Assembly: GCA_023213395.1 (NCBI GenBank)
Contig: CM041465.1
Location: 38,199,741-38,263,740 of the forward strand
Direction: 5' to 3'
DNA: 64,000 nucleotides
Source of the DNA: Cycas panzhihuaensis
Taxonomy: Eukaryota > Plantae > Cycadophyta
A model generated the notes under the pieces. That model ran no database searches and was not told the origin of the DNA. It worked only from the letters and a program-made list of their open reading frames with translations. The position numbers and the translations under genes were made by a program. Shown here in pieces: positions 13,667-26,119 of the stretch (the stretch's first letter is position 1; each line of letters begins with the position of its first letter).

Positions 13667-15130
13667 ATGGATAGAGAACAAACACTTCAAAACCAGAACT
13701 AGAACCCCAATCTTACACTGGGGAGATCCTACTGTGATGTGCTGAAAGTAAATAAGGAGGAAACATATGACTTAACTCCTGAGATATAGGACAAAAAGGT
13801 TAGACTAAAAATTCCATAGGGTTTAGTGGACAAAACTGAGAAATATTGGGAGAATTGCCTTGTCGACATATTCTCCAGACCCAGACCAGGCTTGGAAACC
13901 ATCAGGAACTGGATAAGGATTAAATAGAAAACAATATGCAATGTGGAAGCAATAGCTATGCCAAAGGGCTGCGTGTTATTCAAATTTTTTTCCCTATAAG
14001 GATATGACCAATATTCTCCTAAGGGCCCCATGGATTCTTGGTAGTAAGGCCTTATCCCTTGAAAAATGGCATAGGGATTTTGATCCTTCTGTTCCCAAAA
14101 TCAGGCAAGCACCCATATGGGTCCAATTACCGGGTCTTCCCTTACTTCACTGGAACCCTGAAGTGCTAAAAGGAATTGTAAAAGTGGTGGGTCCTCTTCT
14201 AGTTGTAGACTCAGCGACAAAGAATAGAAGCAGACTTATAAACGTTAGGTTTTGTGCCCTAGTTAGGATTGACAAACCCCTTCTGGATGATATATGGATT
14301 GACATGGTAGATTGGAGTTGGGTACAACCATTGGTATATGAAATGGAGCATTTTAGATGCTCACTATGCAGAACCCTAGGTCACCTACCCCAGAAGTGTC
14401 CAGGTGTGAAGATCTCACAGGGTGAGAAGCAGGAGGACTCTATAGAGTTGAAACCCCAAGCAACGACAAACTCCATGGAGATAAGGACAAAAGGGCAGAC
14501 ACAAGAGATTCCAGGAAATATTGAGGCACCTAAACGACAAAGGACCGAGTTGGCTCCCCTCCAGAACCGCATAACACCCCACCCTTGAATCTTAGATTTG
14601 ATCCCAATGAGGAAGACACTCTCTTAAAGGAAGGGGAGCAGGTTGCTCAGGACTCAGTGGCTTCGGTGAGGCCGGTTGGGGAGGGTGGCCTAGGGGCCCT
14701 CACTTCAGTTGGGCCAAGATCCTCGGCCCAATACACTTTAGCACATATGCCCGAGCCACAGAAAAAGAAACGCGAAGTGGGTGCTGATGTGGGGGTGGGT
14801 ATGCCCCTCCTGAATGGGAAGGATTCTCTCTCAGGAGCCAGAGTGTAGATAGCACAGGAATCAAAGGCCCTATAGTGACTGGATCGGGATGAAGGCATTG
14901 GGATACCCACTTCAGCGGGACTAGGGTCGTCGGCCTAATATACCTTAGAACATTTGGTTATCTAGAAGAAGCCACCAGATGTGGGAGCCGAGAAGAGGGT
15001 GGGCAGGCCACCCCTAAAACTGTTAAGAGAAAAAGAAGTGGCTACCCAGGTGGATCAAGGCAATCAGAAAACTCTAAACGATGTCTTCTTTGAAGGGCCT
15101 AATCTCAGATCTAGAACAGAAGGCAGAGAT
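13667..15130 (+). pseudogene. L1 ORF1 remnant (DUF4283 domain plus CX2CX4HX4C zinc knuckle)
   Basis: APWILGSKALSLEKW, PIWVQLPGLPL and CSLCRTLGHLPQKC in ORF 14004-14588; in-frame stops upstream and downstream. Boundaries approximate. Confidence 0.85.
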
Positions 15131-15177
15131 CCATCGAAAGGCGAGGCCGTTGAAGTATGGAAGCAAAGAAGGAAAAG

Positions 15178-18100
15178 ATGAAAATTATATCGTGGAATGC
15201 TAGGGGACTGAATGCCCCCTCGAAATAGAGAATTATTAGAGATATGAGGAACATACATCACCCAGATTTAATGTTCCTACAAGAAATAAAGTTAAGCAAG
15301 GAGAACGGCCTAAGGATCAAAAATAAAATTTAGAGGAAAGTAGAGAGCATAGAAATTGACTATGCTCAAGCAGCCGGGGGTTTAATGGTGTTATGGGATC
15401 CGAGGACATGGTCTGGAGAAATTTATCTGGCTAAGGAATCCTTTGTTTCGTTATGGTTAACAAACAAAAGGAACAATCTAAGATGGCTAGCCACTAATGT
15501 TTATGCCCCAAACCTTCAAGAGGCCAGGAAGGGGCTTTGGGACAGAATATTGGAAGCCCACAGGGACTGCCGAGCCCCATGGCTGTTGGCAGGGGACTTC
15601 AATTCGGTGCTGTGCCCAGGGGATAAGAGAGGGGGTACGGTAGGTTGGACTAGCAGTATGAGCGAGTTTGTTGACTTCCTACATCAGGGAGGTTTGGAGG
15701 ACGTCAAGCTTAGGGGTGCTTCGTATACCTGGTCCAATAAGTACATGGGGGATTATTTAATACAAATCAGACTGAATAGGGTGTTGGTCAATTACGATTG
15801 GTCCAGGAGGTTTAAGGACTTCACCCTTGAGGCTCTACCGAGGATTAGTTCAGATCACTCCCCTCTTTTGTTTCAATTTTCAGATCTGGGAAGATACATT
15901 GGATCTCCCTTCAGATTCGAATTGATGTGGCTTTGCCACCCTAATTTCTGAAATAAGATCGAGGAATGGTGGAGTGTTCAAATACGAAGCCATACAATGT
16001 ATAGATTTTCGAAGAAATTATATTGGGTAAAAAGGCAAGTAAAAGTATGGAATAAGGAAGTCTTTCAAAACATCCATGAATTGAAGGACAAGACCATCCA
16101 CGATTTGAAAGAAACAGAGGACAAGATACAATATGAGGGAAGATCCCCACATCTAGACAAGATAGAGAAGGAATTGGGTGAAAACTTGGAAGAGATTCTT
16201 ATCAGAGAGGAAATCCATTGGAGACAAAAATCCAGGGCATTATGGTTGGCTGAAGGAGATAGAAACACAAAATTTTTCCATATGACCACAACTAAGCATA
16301 GAGCAAGTAACAGAATAACTAGTCTTCAAAGGGAAGATGGCTTAGTAGTGAGCGCTATGGAAGATATGAAGGAAATGGCTAGCGAATATTTCAAGGATTT
16401 ATATACTGAGCCGCAGGATGGTGATAGGGATAGAAGGAAGGACTTCCTAAGAAACACCCCCAGCTTGGTGACCGAATCCCAAATGCTCGGTTGACAGCCC
16501 CTTTTACTCAGGAAGAAGTTAGGCTGGCTCTCTTTGGCATCAAGAGAGACAAAGCTCCAAGCCTCGATGGTTTTCCCCTAGGGTCTTTTCAGGAGTTTGG
16601 GACATTATCAAGGATGACCTTATGGGAACTCTGTAAGAATTCTATATAAATAATAAGATTCTACAGGAATGGTTCGTAATTTTGACCGGATCCAACCTGG
16701 GTAATTGATGGAATTATAGATAGAGTCGGTATCCTGGGTCTCTTTGTAGGAGAGGGAATGAAATATTTAGGGGGGGGACGGACATCTTCCTATCTATTTG
16801 GATTCTTGTTTTTTGCAGTAATCTTGCTACATTCCTTGTTCTTATCCCTAAAAAAGAAGGGGCGAAGAGAATGGAGGAGTTCCGTCCCATTAGCCTCTGT
16901 AATGTTAAATATAAGATTATAACTAAGGTCCTAGCCAATAGACTAAAGAAAATCATGTCAAACGTTATCTCCCAAAATCAGGATGGTTTCCTCTAAGGAA
17001 GACAGATCTATGATGGCTTCATAGTAGTTCATGAAATAATTCACTCGGCTAAGGAAAGGAAGGAGCCCGCGATGCTCATCAAGATTGACCTCATAAAGGC
17101 CTTCAATAGGGTCTCCTGGGAGTGCCTTCTAGATTGTCTAGAGGCATTTGATTTTGGGGAATTATGGCAGACTTGGATCAAGCTTTACATAAGTAACCCA
17201 TAATTCTCAATCATCATCAATGGCTCCTCTTCCAGATTTTTCCTAGGTTCTACGGGATTGAGACAAGGTGACCCTCTCTCTCCCTTTCTCTACATAATTA
17301 TGACTGAAATGTTGGGTAGAGCCATGGAGACAACTAGGAGACAAGGGATTATCAAAGGCATAAAACTGACATTAGGGGTGGATAATGTGGTCCACCACCA
17401 ATTTGTTGATGATAATATATTCTTAGGGAAGGCTGCCATTAAAGAGGCATCCAAATTTAAGGAGATCTTGGGATATTTTGAGAGGGCTACAAATCAAAGG
17501 ATTAGTTTGAATAAAAGTAATGTCTACTTCATAAATACCCCATGGGGCACCCAAGGTAGGATCAGTAGGATTTTAGGGATGGGCATTAAGATGCTCCCCA
17601 CAGCTTACCTCAGTTTGCCTCTCTTCATAGGTAAGATGACTAAGGAAATGTGGAACCCCCTCATCGATAGAATGCAAAAGAAGTTGGCTGGTTGGAAAGG
17701 TGCCCTTTTAAGTCTAGTGGGGAGGCTTCAACTAGTGGCTTCTACGCTTTAGACCATGCCAGTTTACTGGATGTCCATTTTCAGAATGCCATCTGGTATC
17801 TCAGATACTATAGAAGCCATCCAGAAGAGATTTCTTTGGTTCAGGGCAGAGAACAAAGACAACATACACTTGGTGAGCTGGAATAAAGTTTGTACTCCGA
17901 GATGGGCCAAAGGTTTCAATCTCAGAAGGATTCCATCTTTTAATGTTACTCCATGGGCCAAGATGGGCTGGCGTTTAATCAAAGGGGGAGAGAGACTGTG
18001 GGAGAAGATTCTAATACAGAAATATCTTCAAGGTGGCTCTCTCATCGAAAACATTGCCTCGCCGGTTGGCTCAACCGTTTGGAGGAGTATCCTTAAAGCT

Positions 18101-19523
18101 TGGAAAGCTATTAGAGAAGGCCTTAAATGGAGATTGGGAGATGGCAGCTCCATTAGGTTTTGGGAGGATGCGTAGTGCTGTGACAAGGCCTTAAAGAAAT
18201 ACCCCGATCTATCTCTTATCCAGGGCTCCTGTGTTAGGCTATATGGGCTACACGTGAAAGATTATTGGACCGGGAGTGGTAGAAATAGAAGTTGGAGAAA
18301 CTTCGAGGAATTCCAGGGGGAGCAGCCACTTCAGGAGAGTCTTTACAAAATCAAAAGGATATTGGGAAAGAGTTATATCCCTAGGATGCCATCCCTAGAC
18401 TTAGTTGTATAGGCTTTGAGCCCGTCTGGGGAGTATACCGCCAAACATGGGTACCACTACTTATGCCTAGAGAGAGGTGACCAGAGGAATGCAATATTAG
18501 AAGGTGTATGGAAGCTCTCGCTTATCCCCAAGATCACAGTTTTTTGGTGGATCTGTTTGAGGAGCAAAATTCTCACCATGGATAACCTCAAGAAGAGAGA
18601 GTTCCACCTGCCCAACAGATGTATACTATGCTACAAAGAAGAAGAATCTATGGACCATATCTTCCTTGGGTGTCCATTCTCAAGGGAGGTATGGGGGTTT
18701 TTGCTGGGTAAACTGGAGGTATGCTGGACCTTTTCCGAAAAAGTTTACTGATTTATGGATTGCCTAGCAAAGTCCGTTCAGAAGTAAAGTCATAAGCTGT
18801 ATTTGGAAGAGTGCACTACTAATATTATCGTGGAATATATGGAAGAAAAGAAACAGAAAAATTTTCCAGGGAAAACAGATGGATCAGCATGCTACTTTCA
18901 AAAAAATCTGTATGGATATCAGGGAGAATGTTAGAAACATTAAGGAGAAACACACTACCTTGACTGAGAATAGGATTTTGCTTAAGTGGGGCATAGAGTT
19001 AGTATATGAGGTTGTAAAGGTTAGATGTAACAGTTGGCTTCCACTAGAGGAGCCCTGGCTGAAAATCAACTTTGATGGAGCCTTAAAAGGGAACCCCAGA
19101 GAAGCATGGGGAGGGGGCATTTGCAGAGATAATAAGGGTTTCCCTATTTGGGCCTTCGCGGACTATTATGAGCACCAAACGAACCACTTTGTAGAAACGT
19201 ATTCTATGCTTAAAGCTCTTGATTTAGCCCTCGAAGGAGGCATTAGGCGACTGGTAATTGAGGGAGATTCAGAGGTGGTCATTAATTCGCTGAAAGGCTT
19301 AGCCCTCCCAGACTGGAGATTTTAGTCCATGATCAATAACGCGAAGGAAAGTCTTAAGGGTTTAGAAGAAGTCTGTATAAGGCACACACTGAGAGAAGGA
19401 AACAAAGTTGTTGACTTTTTGGCAAATTGGGGGGTGAGGCAAAAGGAAGGCACCGTGTGGAGGTTTGATTTTCCTGAGGATCTTATGGTTCTGGTAGAGA
19501 AGGAAATGGTTTGTAATAGCTAG
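15178..19523 (+). pseudogene. L1 ORF2 remnant (AP endonuclease, RT, zf-RVT, RNase H-like)
   Basis: MKIISWNARG start; GDFN and SDHSP (endonuclease); WRQKSR..WLAEGDRNTKFFH; RQGDPLSPFLY and QFVDD (RT); CILC..EESMDHIF.GC (zf-RVT); KINFDGA, IEGDS, HTLREGNKVVD (RNase H-like). Multiple stops and frameshifts. Confidence 0.92.
16672..16818 (+). other. 147-bp GT-AG intron-like insertion in L1 ORF2
   Basis: Begins GTTCGT and ends GTTTTTTGCAG. Removal gives [18 protein letters not shown], close to the L1 consensus LLKELNATFIALIPK. Confidence 0.6.
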
Positions 19524-21085
19524 CCATGGGGCTTGTCCTGGCAATGTAGTTCTTACGCCTAGACCGTGAGGATGTCACAGTCATCTTTGACTGGGAATCC
19601 TATAGCATATTGATGTACTAGGTTGTGGGATCCTGTTTCAAACCCACTTATAATTCAATTTTACCTTATAAAAAAAAATAAAAATAAAATCTAATGATGT
19701 AAAAATCATTCTTAGAGATGCTAGATCTATTCCCATGAAAAGTATTGGGAGTGTTTTAGTTGCAGGTGGTCACTTTGATATAGTGTATTATGTACTTGAA
19801 TGACTAAACAACCATCAATTGCTTTGTATTCTACTTTAGTAGATGATATGGAAATTGATGGTGTATTATAAATTGTTTCAATAGATTTGTTTAATGCAAT
19901 TGGATTATGGTTGGTGTTTTTTCAAAGCCTTTTCAAGTGGCATTGAAAAGTCCCCTAATTATCCTAGGTTTACTTAGAACCCAATATTATAATAACAAAT
20001 AGGCTTTATAATATGTGGGTCATGCACTGGATATAGTCTTGGCTCTCTTTATAGACTCTAGTTAAATATTTACAATGGAGCTAGAATTTACTAATAACTA
20101 CTGCTACAACTTTTCCAAGACGATCCTATATTGCATTAGTAATTGGGAATAATTGGTGGCTATTCATGTGCTCATTTGTTGAATAGTTAGAATAATGTTG
20201 TCTAGAATGGTTTGGTATAAGAATAGTCTAAATCTAATGTGCAACTAATATATATGAAGCATACATTATTATAATAATTACACATCAAACTTAGGCTTTC
20301 CTTGTAACTCAAATTGCATTAGGTACTTGTTGGCTTATTACACTTAGCCCTTAGATTAGACAAAATGTAAGAATTACTCTTTTAACCATATCCCAATAGG
20401 TGTGATCCTAGAAGAAGGCACCTATTGGTCATACTCATGATCATTCTTAACTAACTGTGATTACAATAATTAATCAATCTTTAAATAATTCCTTTGCCAA
20501 CTCCATTCCGAATTGGAATAGTTAATGGACTCATTATCCTAACCATTCCCTTCGATGTTGCATATGTTGCTATGCCCAATCCTTGTGTTTATGTTGATCA
20601 CTCCATATGACCCATTCCTATTATTTCACCATTCTAGTGCTTGTAGTGCAATTGTTCTTCATGCATTCAACATTCTTCATAGACTATAATTGTTCAACTT
20701 GTTGTTGAGAGATTGTTATTACTATTTATTCCTTCCTTATAGATTGTGGTTATTGTTGTTACACTATTTAGTTGTTCCTCGTTGACGATACATGGCAATC
20801 AAACTTAAATGTTGTTTCCCATATTCACTTAATGTTGTACACATGAATGCACCCAAAAGTTTTGCATATGGTTTCATGGTTACAAATGGACAAAATTTTG
20901 TCCCTTTAAATTTGCTCAATTTGTGCCGATCCAATTATGAAAATGAAATAGCAAAATCAAACTTTTTACATGCAATACTCTTTTAAGTAACACATCATAA
21001 AAATATAGAATAATTTAGAAACATATACCATAAACCTCATTTAACTCTTCCTCCTCTTGAAATAGTGTTTATTACTCATCATTGG

Positions 21086-21971
21086 TGTCACAACACATAA
21101 GAATCAATAATTTAAAATCTCAAGTTGCTACAAATTATTACTAACTAAGATAGAAACTTCACACAAAGTAATTATGAAATTCACAAATTCACATATAATA
21201 ATAATTGTCCATTTAATATTCTATATTACATTACAAATGTACTTCAAAAGAGAAGATATTAGAATATAAAACAATGTGAGAAAATCTTGATTAGAGTGTT
21301 CAAGAGTGAACAATTAGAGAACCAAATATAAAAAAGAACTAAACAATACCACCATTGAGAACAATAATGAGATTACTTCCATCATAAACCATCCCACATC
21401 CAAATTACAACTAGAGGTTAGTTGATCTTGATAACCATTTCACCATATTATTATTAATTTTATAAGTGGATCTACTGAACACATTAATTCCATTATTGGG
21501 CTTATCTAGATGCATTAGTGCCAACTAACAACACTACACATAACAACTTTCTTAAATGGGTTATATGTAACAGTCTCGTCTAGGTAGAATTCTTTTGACT
21601 TACCTTGGGTAGCACTCCTTAAAAGCTCATCCATAGAAGTAAACATCAAAGAACACATGCTCAACCATTGACCTCCAACTCAATTCATTTCTCATTGAAT
21701 ATTATATGAAACACCATTAAAAATAAAGTGGGAAGTCATTGGTGAGGTGAAGAGTTAAGAGATACCTTAAACCACATGAAGTGAATAATCACAAGTGAGG
21801 TGAAAAGTCAAGAGTCCCCTATTATAGATCTTATCAATACCCTTTTCATAAGTCATAATTTTCTTTACAGTATATAGTTTGTTTTACACAACTAAGTTTG
21901 ATGTTATAATAGTGATACATTATCCCATTTTGGATTACAATAAAAATACATAAACTTTTTGGTGTGTTACA
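21086..21971 (-). repeat. Probable solo LTR of a Gypsy family (same family as the split LTR at 31664-41154)
   Basis: TGTCACA...TGTTACA termini; degenerate TSD attgg/attaa; colinear similarity to 31664-32394 plus 41044-41154. Orientation inferred from that copy. Confidence 0.7.
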
Positions 21972-24900
21972 ATTAACCCTTTTTTTATTTTCATTGCACC
22001 CTTTATTATTACTCTTCACCACTACTATTCTCCATTATGGTAATGTTATTAAGGACACCACACTTTGATAATAACATGTTTACTACATATTCCACCTACT
22101 TGAAATGCTCACTACTCCAATTTTACAATTACTAACCAAACCACAAGGTAATAGTGGCATCATGTTTCTATAATCAATCAAACAAGTTGTGAGCTAATTA
22201 TTCAATCAATAAATTAGAACTTATTTTTTAAGTAATTTAATAAATGTCCATTGACATCCTATTTCATATTTACTAATTGATTTAAACATCACAAATCTAA
22301 TCTACCCAACTTACACATTTCCATATATTATGTATGCAGTAAGAATAATTTCCAGGTTCATGAACAATCCTCGAGAAACACATAGGAAGGCAACTAAGAG
22401 AATTCCTAACTAAGAGAATCTTGAGGTATATACAAGGTACCCTAAGTATCAAAAAACCAAACTTCAAGCTTGAAAGCTACAATGATTTAAATTGGGCAGG
22501 AGAAGGATATGATAGAAAGTTAACATTATGATACTTCTTTAATCAAGGATCATGAATAATCTTATAGAGAAGTAAGAAACAACTATCAGTTGCTTTATTA
22601 TCTATAGAAATAGAATACAAAGTAATAGTAGGAGCCACTTGTAAAGCAATTTGGTTAAGGAAAATTATACAAAACTTAGGCAAGGAGTAATATCCTCCAC
22701 AATTATCAACTATGACAACCAAAGCGTAATCAAACTTTTTGTTGTGGACCTATACAACTAATGGAAGTCAGTAATAGTTATGGCTAGATCATTGATTAGT
22801 AGAAGTAGGTCCCAATTATAATTATTAGAAGTCAATTTTATTATTATTAGAGACTTGGTATCTTATTATTATTATTGGAAATCAATTTCTTTATTATTAG
22901 AAAATTAATTTTTTAAAAAGTGATCAATTTTGACACCTATAAATAGAGAATTATCATTCATTTATAAATCATCTTTTGTGAGTTAATCCATTTGAGGTCT
23001 TCTAACCATTTGGCTCTTAGAGACTTCATTTCAACTTTAATTTTAATTTTATTTTGTATTTATGGAAATAGATCCCCTTCAGGATTTTTTAAAGTGGTAT
23101 CATACCTTTGTTTTTGGTATATCAAAGATCTGAATTTTCAAGAGTATAAACAATTTTTTTTTTTTTTAAATAATCACAAATTTAGGTCAATTGGTCTATT
23201 TTGTAAATTTCAAATGGTTATACCACAGGTTTTGGAGTGAAATTGTAAAATTTTTAGGGAATTTAGTTTCAACTTACTGTTTGTCATTGTCTTTAAAGCC
23301 TAAAATTTATTGCTGTAACTTTAGAGAGCCATAACTTTGGTTACAATTGTCTGATTGATCTCAATTTTCCTTTTGAATCTGTATATCTCGATATCTACTT
23401 TCCATTAGAAGTGGTTTAATATCCATTGGATATTAAAGTAAAACTTATTAGTATTTTTATAATCCCTAAAAAACTTAATCGTGACACACCTTAAAATGAC
23501 CATAACTTTTACGACATGCATCGGAATACAATTTCGTCTAAAGCATTAGAACCTTGGCTTAGAGACCTTCATTTTAAGGTCTAATTTTTCATAAATTTAT
23601 AAATAAGTTTATATGGTACCCATTAGAAGATACTCAAAAGATCATTAGGGAGGTTGTAAAAACTAGATCTTCGCTTAAAATTTCAAAAATTAGAAGCAAT
23701 CAAGCATAAGAAAAGAATAGACCAAGTTCCTTAGGACCTTTGAATTTTTAGAGAAAATTTTAAGAAACAGAAAGAAGATATAAATGAAATACATAGAAGG
23801 CTTGACCTTCTAATAAACAGAGTAAGAAAATTAAAGGAATAAGATTAGAAAAAATATAAAAGATATGAGAAAGAGGATGAAAAGGAACATAAAAATTTCA
23901 ACACTAATAATCAGTCTTTCGCCATAATCTAAAGGTGTCAATTTATCCCCAAGATGGTAGTATTAAGGCAAACAAACAGTTAGCAAAAATAGAAAATGCT
24001 ATCGATGAACTTTGTATCAGTAACGTACATGGACAGATCAATTTCACCATAGACCATCTAATAGGATCTATGTATCATTAGGCTACACTCTGAAAAAGGT
24101 AAGGAAAAACCCACAATTTCAAATATTTTATAGAAGCCTATCGACAATAAATAGAAGAACTTAAGAGGGTTAACACCTTTTTCACCAAGGGCCCCCTATC
24201 ATATATTAGTAATCCATGATCCACAATATAAACAAAGGTTCTGCACTCTAGAATAAATATGTCAAATGAAGTGAATAACATGACATAACAAGAGAGAGCT
24301 AAACATTAAATCACTCAAAGATAATTCAATGTCATGACACCACTTGAAATCCCAAATTCGAGATCCAAGAAAGTTGAGCCTAGCAAGTAAGGAACCTTAG
24401 GCTATTAAGATAATAGTTCTAACATAAGTTGATCCTCAAGCTTTACACAAAGGAAGCATGAAGGCAAAAAGGCTAGGAAAAAGGAATTCAACATTTTCCA
24501 CACATGAAAACCATTGGAGCAAAGGAAACCGATATATAAAGATTAATGAGAAGATCGATATTAAAGATGACAAAGGAGAAGAATGCAAATGAGACTAAAA
24601 GGAGGAATAATTTTGTGATAAAGAGTCAACATACATGACAGAAGCAAAAGCAAATGATAGTCAGCCTAAAGTTCTCTCACCAACCAAGTTAGAGGCATCA
24701 TAGATTAACATCATCAAGCTATTTAGTTACCTAAAAAAGGAAAAGGTTATGATTCTCATTAATCCAAGCACTACTCATGACTTACTTAACATTTAGATAG
24801 CCAAGAGATTATGATTGAATATGAAGAGAGAGAAGTCCTATACCTCACACCTAAGAAGACAAAGCTTAGGCAAAATTGAGCATTGATAACTTTATATAGA

Positions 24901-26119
24901 TAATTACGAGTTTTCAACCATTTATTATCCTGCTATAGAAGGATTTGACGTAATCTTAGGTATCATATGGCTACAAACACTTGGGACATACCTCCTGAAT
25001 TATGATAGGGGCTTTATTAGGTTTAGAATTAATAAGCAAAAATACCAACTAATAAGAAGTCACACCCCAAGACCAGAAGTTAAAGCTACACGAGGCAACA
25101 TGAGGAATAATTGGATTATTGGACAAAAATATCAACCTACTAAGATTTACAACCCAATATCAAAGGACATACTTGCAAAAAACAACATAAAGAATGACTC
25201 ATTAAAACCACGTTGGTTTCTTCACTATAATATTCTTTCAAACCAAGGAGCTAAAGGAGAGACATTCTATAGAACAAGGTATGATTGCCTAGTTCACTAA
25301 CCTACCTTAAGAGAGCATCATACCCCATTATCAACACTTTGAGGGCAAAGCATGTTTTGAAAGAGCAGAAATTGTTATGGATGTATACCACTAATGTAAG
25401 TCGGCCATAACTATTGCTACAAACCTAGTTTATAACTAAAAACAAAGAATAATTTTTAGAAGTCTAGAAAGCACAATGGGTACTTGATTATTTAAAAAAT
25501 ATGAATGATGATTGTTTATAATTGGTAAAGTGTCTTTTTGAAAAGTTGTAACCTTTTAATCTTACCCTTTTAAATATATCTTATATTTAGTTAATTAGGG
25601 TCATAACAAGGCCTCTTTCTTGGAATGTTTTATCCTCGAAACATAGCCGAACATAATGAATGATCGTAGTCTTTGAAACAAACATCATAATTTATGTGAT
25701 ATTGAGTTGAAATTTTATCTTGATAGTGATGTGTTCCCTTATAAGTTTGAATGTTTATCAAGTTTATGCCCGTTAGGAAATTACTCAGACATTTCAAGCT
25801 TTTATTAGAAGATAATTATGCTTAAAGACCTTGGTAGATTTTTTTATATTTTTGAGACATTTTGTGTATTTCATCTATTGTAGTTGTCAATTTGATTTCT
25901 ACTTGAAATGTAAAAAGTCAAGCCCTTATATCTTGATGATGCTTTCTAGTTTCTTTTTCCATACATTTACATGCTATTGCTTTGGTTTTTCATGGTGTTT
26001 TCCCTAAAAACATAATCATTCTTTCTTCCTTCTTGAATATTGTAAATAACTTGTCTAGATTCATTTCAATTGTTCTGAATGTACTAAGCCATTGACTATC
26101 TAAAACAATATCTACAACT

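Larger units (their letters stand above)
12981..19685 (+). mobile_element. Full-length L1-clade LINE (6.7 kb), now disrupted
   Basis: TSD aaattctaatgatg (12967-12980) / aaaatctaatgatg (19686-19699); A-rich tail ~19669-19685; GC-rich 5' region; ORF1 and ORF2 remnants in canonical order. Confidence 0.92.

Noticed and set aside
19700-21085. Possible decayed TE or gene remnant
   Set aside because: No motif, terminus or TSD that I could support.
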